Source of the DNA: Acetofilamentum sp.
GTDB taxonomy: Bacteria; Bacteroidota; Bacteroidia; Bacteroidales; DYOH01
Assembly: GCA_020720625.1 (NCBI GenBank)
Contig: DYOH01000007.1
Location: forward strand, 11,848-75,847
Length of the DNA stretch: 64,000 bases
Reading direction: 5' to 3'
Shown: piece by piece, positions 17,827-27,245 of the stretch
Position numbering within the stretch: the first letter of the stretch is position 1
Layout of the letters: each line of letters starts with the position of its first letter
Notes under the pieces: generated by a model
Told to the model about the DNA's origin: nothing
Database searches by the model: none
Seen by the model: the letters and a program-made list of their open reading frames with translations, nothing else
Translations under genes and position numbers: made by a program

Positions 17827-20301
17827 TTAAAATTCTTGTCCTAAAATAAAATGCCAATGCGAACCAAAAGCATCCTCTCCCTGTCCCGGAACTGCATCGA
17901 AACCATAGCCCCAGTCAACACCAATTAATCCAACCATAGGGAGGAAGAATCTAACGCCTACTCCGGCAGAGCGGTAAAGATTAAATGGGTTAAACTCGTT
18001 AAAATCCATCCATGCATTACCTGCTTCGAGAAATACTTTGGCATATACTGTAGCTTGGGGGTTTAGGGATATTGGGTATCTTAAATCAAACATGATTCTT
18101 TGATACATATTGGAACCTTCTTGTGGCGATAAAACATCGTTGCCATATCCTTTAAGTGCAATATTTTCTTTTCCATAGAAGCTAAATCCGGAAAATCCGT
18201 CGCCACCAACGCTAAATCGCTGAATAGGAGAGCGAAAATCCTTGTCGTAATATCCCAAAAATCCGAATTGTGCTCTAAAATGCATCACAAAATTTTCGAC
18301 TATTCGGGTATACCATTCGGCATTAATTTTCCATTTATGGTATTCTATCCACTGTAGCTCTTCGTTGGCTAATACATCATCCGGATTTTTGTAGAACATA
18401 GAATACGGGGGAGTAAGTTGCAGACTTACAGATATATTGCCTCCAGAACGAGCATAAATGGGGTTATCAACTGAGTTTCGGCCAAAAACGGTTGTAAAGC
18501 TCAGGTTGTGCAAATCTCCATTCTGAATTAAAAAGTAGCTATAGTTTTCGAGTAAATAATGCTGATACGAGATTTCGTTGTACATGGTAAAATAGTCATC
18601 GGGCACTTTTAGTCTTCTTCCTAATCCCACGGATGCGCCAATTACATCCATTTTACCGGTGATTTCTACGTTAGAATAATCGTAGGTGCCATAATAGTAG
18701 TTAGGTTGGTCGTAATTGGTATATCTTGAATAATAAACCGACGAAGAAAGTGAATTTGGTTTTCTGCCGCCCAAATATGGTTCGGTAAAGGAAACACTGT
18801 AAGTTTGATAATATTTACCGTTAGATTGAGCGCTTATGCTTAGTCTTTGACCATCGCCGGTAGGGAGTGGATCCCATCCCGATTTCTTAAATGCATTTTG
18901 AATACTGAAGTTATTGAAGCTAAGCCCCAATCTTCCAACAATCATATTGGCTCCAAAACCTCCCGAAAGTTCGATTTGGTCGTTTGGTTTTTCTTCGAGC
19001 GTGTATTCCAGGTCTACAGTTCCGTTGGCCGGATTTGGTACTGGGTTTATATTTAATTTTTCGGGGTCGAAATGTCCTAATTGAGCCAGCTCCCTAATAG
19101 TACGGGTGATATCGCTTTTACTGAATAGCATGCCAGGCATGGAGCGTATTTCACGGTAAATAACCTGATCGTTTGTTTTTGTATTTCCACTAATGGTAAC
19201 TTTGTTTATTGTGGCTTGTTGGCCTTCGTATATTCTAATTTCCAAATCAATGGAATCGTTTACGATAGATACTTCCGCCGGAATGGAGTGGTAGAATAAG
19301 TAACCGTCGTTCATGTAAAGATTTCCAACCGCATCTTCGTCGTAAGTTAGCCTCTTGTCAAGCAATTCCTGATCAAAAACATCGCCTTTTTTTATGCCTA
19401 AAATACGGCCGAGTGTTTCTGATGGATACTTAGTATTTCCAACCCAGGTAATATTTCTAAAAAAGTATTGGTTTCCTTCCTCAATTTCAAGGTGAATATT
19501 TAGGGTATTGGCATCAAAGTCGTAAATGGTATCGCTAACAATTCTGGCATCGCGGTAGCCGTTTTTGTTGTATTTAGCAATGAGCGTTTTTATGTCTTCG
19601 CTATAATTAGCGGGGATATATTTTGATGGTTTAAAAAGGCCGTACCATCTTTTTTTCTTGGTTTCTTTAAGATAGCGTCTTATTTTTTTGTCGCTAAAAA
19701 CTGTATTTCCCTCAACAGTAATGTCGTTGATTTTAATTTTTTCGTCTTTTTCAATATCAAAAAACAAAACCACTGTGTTGAGCAAAACGGTATCGTCCTC
19801 TTGCCTGAAACTAATTTTTGTTTTATAGAAACCTTTGTCTACAAAATAGGTTTTTATAGCGTTTTGAGCATTATTAATGGTATTGTCGGTAACCTGATTT
19901 CCTCTGATAAGTCCAACTTTTTCGTCGAGTTCTTTGGCTTCGGAATTTTTTATGCCTGTAAATTCGTATCTTGACAAACGAGGACGTTCGAGTAGAAAAA
20001 TATTGAGATAAACTTTATTTTCGATTATGCTGTCTGCAAAAATTTGCACATCGGAGAATAATCCTTGTTTCCAGAATTTTACAATTACATTTCTAATATC
20101 ATCTCCCGGAATATAAATTTTTTGACCTACCGATAAACCGGAAATTTGTTTTAGTGTGTTCTCGTTTAGGTATTTAACTCCGGAAATCGAAATTTCGGCT
20201 ATTTCGTATTCTTTAGGATTTGCATAATCGAAATTGTATTGTGCTTTTGCCACTCCAAAAGTCAAACTAAGTAATAAGAATGCAAGAATTTTGTTTTTCA
20301 T
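17827..20301 (-). CDS. bamA: Outer-membrane protein assembly factor BamA
   Basis: 824-aa ORF with a signal peptide, about five POTRA repeats, an Omp85 barrel and a terminal ...ILGQEF. Conserved uppS-bamA-ompH context. Confidence 0.93.
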   Translation of the reverse strand: MKNKILAFLLLSLTFGVAKAQYNFDYANPKEYEIAEISISGVKYLNENTLKQISGLSVGQKIYIPGDDIRNVIVKFWKQGLFSDVQIFADSIIENKVYLNIFLLERPRLSRYEFTGIKNSEAKELDEKVGLIRGNQVTDNTINNAQNAIKTYFVDKGFYKTKISFRQEDDTVLLNTVVLFFDIEKDEKIKINDITVEGNTVFSDKKIRRYLKETKKKRWYGLFKPSKYIPANYSEDIKTLIAKYNKNGYRDARIVSDTIYDFDANTLNIHLEIEEGNQYFFRNITWVGNTKYPSETLGRILGIKKGDVFDQELLDKRLTYDEDAVGNLYMNDGYLFYHSIPAEVSIVNDSIDLEIRIYEGQQATINKVTISGNTKTNDQVIYREIRSMPGMLFSKSDITRTIRELAQLGHFDPEKLNINPVPNPANGTVDLEYTLEEKPNDQIELSGGFGANMIVGRLGLSFNNFSIQNAFKKSGWDPLPTGDGQRLSISAQSNGKYYQTYSVSFTEPYLGGRKPNSLSSSVYYSRYTNYDQPNYYYGTYDYSNVEITGKMDVIGASVGLGRRLKVPDDYFTMYNEISYQHYLLENYSYFLIQNGDLHNLSFTTVFGRNSVDNPIYARSGGNISVSLQLTPPYSMFYKNPDDVLANEELQWIEYHKWKINAEWYTRIVENFVMHFRAQFGFLGYYDKDFRSPIQRFSVGGDGFSGFSFYGKENIALKGYGNDVLSPQEGSNMYQRIMFDLRYPISLNPQATVYAKVFLEAGNAWMDFNEFNPFNLYRSAGVGVRFFLPMVGLIGVDWGYGFDAVPGQGEDAFGSHWHFILGQEF

Positions 20302-20365
20302 TTAAATATTTTTTTTCAATCGACAAATAACTAGGTTTTAGAGGTCAAAAATAAAAGAAATTCGT

Positions 20366-21109
20366 TTATTCTTGTATTTGCTCGCTAATTTTTCCAAATC
20401 TTCTTTCTCTGTTTTGATAGTTGATGATTGCCTGATAAAAATCTTCTTTTTCGAAATCAGGCCAAAATTTATCTAAAAAAATTAGTTCTGAGTATGCTAG
20501 TTCGTATAATAAAAAGTTACTGATTCGGAATTCACCACTGGTCCTAATCATTAGTTCGGGGTCGGGCATAAAGTTTGTGCTAAGATATTGAGCAATGGTG
20601 CTTTCTGTGATATCTTGTTCCGAGAGCTTACCATTTCTCAAGTCGTCGGCCATTTTTATTGCTGCGTTTTTTAAATCGGACCTGCCGCTGTAGCTTAGTG
20701 CCAGTGTTAATGTAAGACCCTTATTTTTTGAAGTAAATTCTATGGCATTAAAAAGCTCTTTTCTAACTTTTTCGGGCAATTGGTCTGTATTTCCAATGGT
20801 GCGAAGTCTTACTCCTTTTTCGTGTAATTCTTTTATTTCTTTATGAATGGTATTTACTAGCAACATCATGAGTGCTTCTACCTCTTTAAATGGTCTGTTC
20901 CAATTTTCGGTAGAGAATGCATATAGTGTAAGATACTCAACTCCTGCTTCACCAGCTGCTTCTACAGCTTCTCGAACTGCTTTAACTCCATTTTTATGAC
21001 CAAAAATGCGGGAGTTTCCCTTCTTTTTTGCCCAACGGCCATTTCCGTCCATGATGATTGCCACATGTTTGGGCAATTTTGTTTTTTGAATGTTTTCTAA
21101 TAGCGACAT
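20366..21109 (-). CDS. uppS: Undecaprenyl-diphosphate synthase (isoprenyl transferase)
   Basis: 247-aa ORF. Motifs: HVAIIMDGNGRWA, LTLYAFSTENWNRP, RTSGEFRISNFLLYE. Confidence 0.95.
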   Translation of the reverse strand: MSLLENIQKTKLPKHVAIIMDGNGRWAKKKGNSRIFGHKNGVKAVREAVEAAGEAGVEYLTLYAFSTENWNRPFKEVEALMMLLVNTIHKEIKELHEKGVRLRTIGNTDQLPEKVRKELFNAIEFTSKNKGLTLTLALSYSGRSDLKNAAIKMADDLRNGKLSEQDITESTIAQYLSTNFMPDPELMIRTSGEFRISNFLLYELAYSELIFLDKFWPDFEKEDFYQAIINYQNRERRFGKISEQIQE

Positions 21110-21125
21110 TTCTCGGATTTTTCAT

Positions 21126-21827
21126 CTATTGGTAAGAATTACAATCATATTTTGATTGCTTACTTAATACAAAGGCCAAATTGAAATATGCAGTAAAGTA
21201 TCCGTCTTTATTGTAGTTTTGGGCTTTTTGTTTTAATGCTGTTCGGCTCCCCACTACCAAAAGTTCATCTACTTTTAGTTTATCCAAATTATCGGTAAAT
21301 GTATAATTGTAATTCATTTCGACGGCAAAGTTAATTTTTTTATTTAAATTCCATTTTATTCCTGTAGCAAAAGGTATTTTTGGTTGCAAAGGGAATACGC
21401 CGAGATTGGATGCCAGAACAAACCCCAAACCTGTGCCAATATAGGGAACAGTGCGAATTTCGCTTGCCTTTGGATAGTAAGACGAAAAGTTGAATTGAAA
21501 AGTTACGTTAATATCTGTTATCAGATGTTCAAAAGAGTAATTTCTTTGAATTTGGGCTCCATCTGTGGAATTTAAATCGGAACCGCTTATCTTAGACATG
21601 GCTATGCTCGTATTGATAGCCAAAAAAGGCGTGGTATTGTGTCTATAAAATATGCCGTAAAGCATATTGGCTTGGGTGTTTTTTATTTCGTTGCTAGTTT
21701 CTCCAACTAAAAAGAGAGCTCCGCTAAGAGCTCCCATATCTGCTGTTTTTTGGGCACAAGCTGCAAATGGAAATAATATAGTTAAAAAACTATAAATAAA
21801 TTTATTTAAACTTCGGTAAACCACCAC
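21126..21827 (-). CDS. Small outer-membrane beta-barrel protein (DUF6089-like)
   Basis: 233-aa ORF with a signal peptide ending in ACAQ and an alternating beta-strand pattern. Its start overlaps the upstream paralog by 26 nt. Confidence 0.6.
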   Translation of the reverse strand: MVVYRSLNKFIYSFLTILFPFAACAQKTADMGALSGALFLVGETSNEIKNTQANMLYGIFYRHNTTPFLAINTSIAMSKISGSDLNSTDGAQIQRNYSFEHLITDINVTFQFNFSSYYPKASEIRTVPYIGTGLGFVLASNLGVFPLQPKIPFATGIKWNLNKKINFAVEMNYNYTFTDNLDKLKVDELLVVGSRTALKQKAQNYNKDGYFTAYFNLAFVLSKQSKYDCNSYQ

Positions 21828-22830
21828 GTCCTGTAGTTAAATGATAGTATAATGTGATATTCAGAAACATATATGCATCGTTGTAATTTGGGCTGCCTCT
21901 GTATGGCTTACCTAAATTATAGCGATAATTTTCCCACTCGGTTGGCTGTTCATCCGGGTTTATTGCTTCCATGGTTGAATAATCTAAAATATGAATATGT
22001 CTGTCGGAAAAAAAGGCATTTAATGCATAATCGTCTTTAGTACCGGGGATAAGGCCTTTATCTACAGCTTCGTAAAAGTTAAAGTAGTATCCGCTGGCAT
22101 CGTCCATATAATCGGTTGATGTGTATCTTGCGCTTAATTCGGCACCAATGGCCAAATTTCGGGTTAGTGTATATTTTACGCCTAATCCAAGAGGTAAAAC
22201 TGCCTGAACTCTTTTGTATTTGTCGGGTACAATAATAAGTGAACTGTCGTAAGATGAGTAATAATCGGTAACCCATCCTTGTCCTTCTGTTCCAAGGGGT
22301 TGAAGGACAACCCAGTTTCCTGCGGCATCTTTGGACTGGGGATTAAAGTAAAAAGCCCCTACACCTACAAAAACGTAGGCGCTTAGTAGATTTCGAAATC
22401 CACTCGATATTTGGTATCTAGAGCTTACTTTTTCTTCCAAAAAGAAATACTCCAATTGAGTGGACCATTCGAAAACGGGTGTTCGAAATGCCAGATTGCG
22501 GTTGTATCTCCCTAAGGAGCCGCTTTTCTCGTCGTTGCCGTTCATAAAGGCATAGTTAAATTGGGTTTTTACGGTAACCATGCTCAACATTTTGTATCGC
22601 ATTCCAAAATGAAAATTTGGCCTGGTTGATGCTCCATCCAAGTCTCTTATTCCCATAAAGTGCGAAGCATCTTTGCCTCCGCCTCCTAAATCTCCCATAA
22701 AATTAGCTGTTCCAATTCCGCCGAATATATCCCAGCGGTATTGTTTCCATCTTTGTGCCTTTGTAGCCGTTAGGCTTAAGACTGATATCAAGATAATGAA
22801 TATTATTTTTCTCATGGCTTGGCCCTCCAT
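21802..22830 (-). CDS. Outer-membrane beta-barrel protein (DUF6089-like)
   Basis: 342-aa ORF with a signal peptide ending in TKAQ. Contains GGIGTANFMGDLGG and repeated aromatic-terminated strands. This family commonly sits next to uppS in Bacteroidota. Confidence 0.6.
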   Translation of the reverse strand: MEGQAMRKIIFIILISVLSLTATKAQRWKQYRWDIFGGIGTANFMGDLGGGGKDASHFMGIRDLDGASTRPNFHFGMRYKMLSMVTVKTQFNYAFMNGNDEKSGSLGRYNRNLAFRTPVFEWSTQLEYFFLEEKVSSRYQISSGFRNLLSAYVFVGVGAFYFNPQSKDAAGNWVVLQPLGTEGQGWVTDYYSSYDSSLIIVPDKYKRVQAVLPLGLGVKYTLTRNLAIGAELSARYTSTDYMDDASGYYFNFYEAVDKGLIPGTKDDYALNAFFSDRHIHILDYSTMEAINPDEQPTEWENYRYNLGKPYRGSPNYNDAYMFLNITLYYHLTTGRGGLPKFK

Positions 22831-22894
22831 ATTATAACTAGTTATTTATTCTTTTATTACGAATTTTATTGAAAAATGTTTTATTTAATGTCAT

Positions 22895-23773
22895 TTAATT
22901 TCTGTTGTCAACTCCCCACATAAGTTTATTGCGTAAAGTTTTGTAATAGGTTTGTCCGGGTAGCTTAATTACTGATAATTCGAAATCTGCTTTTTTTACT
23001 TTAAGTTGAATGCCCTCGTTGATAAACTCTGAGCGGGAATCCAGAGCAAGCAGGAATTGTTTGTTGCGTCCTTCTACTTCTAGTGTAAGTTCAAATTCAT
23101 CTGGAATTACAAGTGGGCGAACGGTAAGGTTGTGTGGGGCAATAGGTGCAATGATAAAATTGCGCGAATTTGGCAAAACCAATGGCCCACCAACGCTTAA
23201 TGAATAGGCCGTTGAACCGGTAGGTGTCGATACAATTAATCCGTCGGCCCAATATGAATTTAAAAATTCTTCGTTCATAAAAGTATGCACGGTTATCATG
23301 GCCGATGAATCTTTTTTGTGTATAGTTAGCTCATTTAGTGCGTAATTATCTTTGCCGAATAAGTTCATATCGGTTTTTAGTTCGAGTAAAGTTCTTTTCT
23401 CAATGGTGAATTGCTTGTTGGCAATTGCGTCAACAGAATCTGCAATTTCGGTTTTAGAAATATTGGCCAAAAATCCTAATCGGCCGCTATTAATTCCTAT
23501 TACCGGAATACCGCTGTCTCGCACATAAGTAATGGCTTCCAGAAATGTTCCATCGCCTCCGATGCTGATAAAAAAATCGTAGGTTTCTGGCAAATCTTCT
23601 CTTCCAAAAAAAATGTGTAATCGGCTATTTTCTTTTACCAAATTGCTGTAATACCGCAAAATGTCTGAGTGAATAAAAACTTCGGTATTGTAATCTAGTA
23701 ATTTCTGAATCAATATCTTAGCGTAAGATTCGAAATCTTTTTTGTAATCTTTTCCAAATAGAACTACGCGCAT
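22895..23773 (-). CDS. nadK: NAD+ kinase
   Basis: 292-aa ORF. Motifs: SIGGDGTFL, NSGRLGFLA, STPTGSTAYSLS. Confidence 0.93.
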   Translation of the reverse strand: MRVVLFGKDYKKDFESYAKILIQKLLDYNTEVFIHSDILRYYSNLVKENSRLHIFFGREDLPETYDFFISIGGDGTFLEAITYVRDSGIPVIGINSGRLGFLANISKTEIADSVDAIANKQFTIEKRTLLELKTDMNLFGKDNYALNELTIHKKDSSAMITVHTFMNEEFLNSYWADGLIVSTPTGSTAYSLSVGGPLVLPNSRNFIIAPIAPHNLTVRPLVIPDEFELTLEVEGRNKQFLLALDSRSEFINEGIQLKVKKADFELSVIKLPGQTYYKTLRNKLMWGVDNRN

Positions 23774-23837
23774 GTAACTCCTAATATTTTTGGTAAATTT
23801 ATTAAATTCTATTCATATAATGTGTTTCACACTTGAA

Positions 23838-25259
23838 TTATTTGTGCAAAGCTGCTTTAAAATTGATAAAAAATCCATACTCTTTCAGCGAGTTATAAGC
23901 AAAATCAATTCGTAAAACCTTATCATAATACGAAACGATGTCGAGTCCCAATCCGAAACTGTATAAATTGCTGTTTGATAATGTGTTATGGTTCTCTTCT
24001 GCCCATGTTTTTTCTGTCCATACATAGCCATAATCAGCAAAAAGGTTCAAATATACTGCCAAAAATGCTTTAGAAAATTTTGGACTAGGAATAAAATTCA
24101 TTTGAAACGAAAATGGTTTAATTATATTAAGTTTAAGTTGGTTTTGAGAGAGTATATGTGTGTAGCCTTCAACAGTGTAATATTCAAAACCCCGCAAATT
24201 TATTCTGTATCCCAGACCTTGTGTAAAGGCATAAGGTTTAGGTTTGTTTTCGGATATTACGGAAAAAAAAGCAGAACTTAATGTAAATCTATCATTTAGC
24301 GGATGATGGTGGATAAGACTAAGGTTAATGTAAAAATCATTATAAATTTGGGGTTCGATAAGTTTAAGTCCGTTTTTTGCGATTTCGAACGAAAAGTATT
24401 GTCCTTTAAGGGGATAATGAATAAAATCGCGGTTTTCGTATTCAAAGAAGTATTTTAATCTGAAAAATCTTAATTCATTTTGTCCGAGCAGGTAATCAGT
24501 ATTTAAGTTTACTATTGTGTCTGATGCTTCTATTTGTAGGTATTTAATTTCGGCGTTATGCTTAATTTTGTGCTTTGGCCTATAATAGTATTTAAAATTC
24601 ATTTCCTGAAAATAGAGTAATTGGGTTCCTCTGATTTTTATATAAACAGGCTTGTTATTAATGGTATTATATGGAAGTTGATCTTGTATCTGAAACGAAT
24701 AATAGATACCCAAGTGATGTTTACGTGCTTTATCAAGGGCAATTTTTTCGTAGGCAAGTTCAATTCTAGTACTATATCCAAATCGTGTATTGAGCTTAAA
24801 TACTTCGTTTCGGCCTCGCATGTTTTTAATTGAAAATCCCGCGCCATAACCAATTTTGCTCATATCTTTGTCTTGCCACCAGGTATTAAAATTTCTTTCG
24901 GTATGATTAAAATACATGGTTGGCCAAAAATACCATCGTTCTTCTAAGGTAATATAAAAATCGGCAAATTCGCCGGCAACGATTATATAATGTATGTTTA
25001 CTCCGTTAAATAGTGATGTATTTTTGAGATTTTCTTTGCTACTTTCAATACTTGTTATTAATTGGGCAATTTTTAAGGTATCGTTTTCCTTAAATTTTAA
25101 TTCTCTTTTGATTATTTTTTCATTGGTTCGGTTGTTTCCTGTAATTTTTATGGAACGCACTATTAAATAGTCGGAATTTAGGTAACCTTCCTGTGCCGAA
25201 ACATTTTTGGTAATAAGAAAAAACAGAATCAGTGCAACAAAATTGCGAAATAAAACCAT
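23838..25259 (-). CDS. Omp85-family outer-membrane protein with a single POTRA domain (BamA paralog)
   Basis: 473-aa ORF with a signal peptide. The POTRA-like segment is IVRSIKITGNNRTNEKIIKRELKFKENDTL, followed by a beta-barrel region with aromatic-terminated strands. Confidence 0.65.
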   Translation of the reverse strand: MVLFRNFVALILFFLITKNVSAQEGYLNSDYLIVRSIKITGNNRTNEKIIKRELKFKENDTLKIAQLITSIESSKENLKNTSLFNGVNIHYIIVAGEFADFYITLEERWYFWPTMYFNHTERNFNTWWQDKDMSKIGYGAGFSIKNMRGRNEVFKLNTRFGYSTRIELAYEKIALDKARKHHLGIYYSFQIQDQLPYNTINNKPVYIKIRGTQLLYFQEMNFKYYYRPKHKIKHNAEIKYLQIEASDTIVNLNTDYLLGQNELRFFRLKYFFEYENRDFIHYPLKGQYFSFEIAKNGLKLIEPQIYNDFYINLSLIHHHPLNDRFTLSSAFFSVISENKPKPYAFTQGLGYRINLRGFEYYTVEGYTHILSQNQLKLNIIKPFSFQMNFIPSPKFSKAFLAVYLNLFADYGYVWTEKTWAEENHNTLSNSNLYSFGLGLDIVSYYDKVLRIDFAYNSLKEYGFFINFKAALHK

Positions 25260-25311
25260 GCCGTTTGTTCAAAATTTTAGTGGGCAAATATACAAAGTAG
25301 AATTCGATTTA

Positions 25312-25977
25312 TTATACGCTCAGATAATTTAAAAAGGCTTCGTATCTATCTTTGGCGAATGCCTCGTTTATCTGGTCCGATTCAAAACTGTGTTTAATCA
25401 TATAGTCGTAGCGTTCGAAAGTTCTGAGTATAAAACTTAATTCGGAAGTATTTATTTTCAATGTAACAAGAACGTTGGTATTAGCATCTTCTGAAGAAAC
25501 ATAAGAGCTTAATATGCGAGCGTTATTACTCTCAACAATTTGGGCAATTTCTGCAAGACTATACTTTTTAGGGTTAATTTCTAATACAACTATTCCTCCA
25601 GGCTGCTCAAGACCTGCAATAATCGAAAACGATTTTACTAATTCGGGGAGCGTAATCAGGCCTAAGTATTTTTTATTATCGTTTACAACAGGTACAACAG
25701 TTAGTCTGTAATCCAGTATGATACTAATGGCATCATAAATATGTTGGTTATTTTTTATGTAAACATCCAGTAACGAAAGTTCGTACGAACCAATGGCCTC
25801 TGCCGGGGTATTCAAATCGTATATGTCTGAATCGCAAATTAATCCCAGATATTTGCCATTGGCAACTATAGGCAAATGCGACACCCTAAAAACTTCCATC
25901 CAATTGAGGGCATTTATTCCTGTGTCTGATGTTCTTAGAGCCGGAATGATATCTGAAATTATTTCCTGGGCTAACAT
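25312..25977 (-). CDS. CBS-domain pair protein
   Basis: The track ORF starts at 26010; the internal ATG at 25977 (MLAQEII...) is the more typical start. Two CBS repeats (HLPIVANGKYLGLICDSDI and LTVVPVVNDNKKYLGLITLPELV) are followed by an ACT-like tail. Confidence 0.75.
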   Translation of the reverse strand: MLAQEIISDIIPALRTSDTGINALNWMEVFRVSHLPIVANGKYLGLICDSDIYDLNTPAEAIGSYELSLLDVYIKNNQHIYDAISIILDYRLTVVPVVNDNKKYLGLITLPELVKSFSIIAGLEQPGGIVVLEINPKKYSLAEIAQIVESNNARILSSYVSSEDANTNVLVTLKINTSELSFILRTFERYDYMIKHSFESDQINEAFAKDRYEAFLNYLSV

Positions 25978-26240
25978 AGTTTTATTTTTTATACTACAAA
26001 AATTATGCAAAATACTTTTTGAGTGGATTTGAAAAAAATTGTTTACTCATGGTTTTCGTGCCAAAGGTAAACCTTTTTCTTGTTTTACGCATCTTGCGCC
26101 ATTAATGTTACATTACAAAAAAAATATGCAGTCCGAATTGATTTATCCATTGGTGTTAATTTGCTAAAAATATGTAGCTTAAGTGTATTTTGGCCGCTTC
26201 ATTGTGGATTAATAAATCTTTCGACTTTCAATATATTTCG

Positions 26241-26248
26241 TATTTTTG
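26241..26248 (+). promoter_or_regulatory. Candidate -7 promoter element TATTTTTG upstream of accA
   Basis: Match to TAnnTTTG, 21 nt upstream of the accA ATG. Confidence 0.35.
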
Positions 26249-26268
26249 GAACGAAAAAAATATTAGCT

Positions 26269-27222
26269 ATGGAATTACTGTCATTTGAAGAACCCATTGG
26301 GCAACTAATGGAACAAATTGAGAAGGCTCACGAGATTGCCGAAAATGGTAAAGTAGATATGACAACGACGATTGCCGATTTAGAAGCAAAACTAAAGGCG
26401 AAGCAAACCGAGATTTATTCTAATCTAACTCCTTGGCAAAGAGTGCAAATTTCGCGGCACCCAAATCGTCCGTATACATTGCAATATATCAAGGCCATAA
26501 GCCAGGGTAGCTTTATTGAGCAATTTGGCGATCGCTTGGTTAAAGACGATAAAGCAATGGTCGGTGGTTTTGGCAGTATCAACGGCAGAACTGTCATGTT
26601 TATTGGTCAGCAAAAAGGCGAAAACACCAAAATGAGACAATACCGTAATTTTGGTATGGCTAATCCTTATGGATATCGGAAGGCACTGAGATTAATGCGT
26701 TTGGCCGAAAAATTTAATAAACCAATAATTACTTTTATTGATACTCCGGGAGCATATCCAGGAATAACAGCCGAAGAGCAAGGGCAGGCCGAAGCTATTG
26801 CCAAAAATATGTACGAAATGTTTGGATTTAAAGTACCAATTCTATCTATTATTATTGGAGAAGGTGCATCCGGTGGCGCTATTGGTATTGGTATAGGAGA
26901 TAAGGTTTTGATGCTCGAGAATACATGGTATTCTGTAATTTCTCCCGAATCTTGTTCATCTATCTTATGGCGCAATTGGGAGCATAAAGAAGAAGCCGCC
27001 TCTGCGCTTAAACTTACCCCTACAGACATGATGCAACAGGGCCTGATAGATGGAATTATCCCGGAACCAGTGGGAGGCGCTCATGCATATCCGGAACAAG
27101 TTTTTGAGCAAGTGAAAAAAGCGATTCTCGAAAATTTAGTTCAACTGGATTTAATCTCACCTGAAAAAAGAATTGAACAAAGAATAGCAAAATTCTCTGC
27201 CATGGGCGCTGTTGCCGAATAA
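26269..27222 (+). CDS. accA: Acetyl-CoA carboxylase carboxyltransferase alpha subunit
   Basis: The track ORF starts at a TTG at 26080. The conserved protein starts at the ATG at 26269 ([13 protein letters not shown]...). Motifs: [30 protein letters not shown]. Confidence 0.93.
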   Translation: MELLSFEEPIGQLMEQIEKAHEIAENGKVDMTTTIADLEAKLKAKQTEIYSNLTPWQRVQISRHPNRPYTLQYIKAISQGSFIEQFGDRLVKDDKAMVGGFGSINGRTVMFIGQQKGENTKMRQYRNFGMANPYGYRKALRLMRLAEKFNKPIITFIDTPGAYPGITAEEQGQAEAIAKNMYEMFGFKVPILSIIIGEGASGGAIGIGIGDKVLMLENTWYSVISPESCSSILWRNWEHKEEAASALKLTPTDMMQQGLIDGIIPEPVGGAHAYPEQVFEQVKKAILENLVQLDLISPEKRIEQRIAKFSAMGAVAE

Positions 27223-27245
27223 ACTTATTTAACATCACGAATACA

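Noticed and set aside
26080-26268. N-terminal extensions proposed by the ORF track: accA 26080, creD 4909, lptF/G 35452, saccharopine DH 41313, yfiR-like 46597, CBS 26010, SNF2 50814, TMTC-like 60526, thioredoxin-fold 15019, hypothetical 10061.
   Set aside because: Most extensions begin at TTG or other non-ATG codons, overlap terminators or neighbouring genes, and precede an ATG that restores the canonical family N-terminus or signal peptide.
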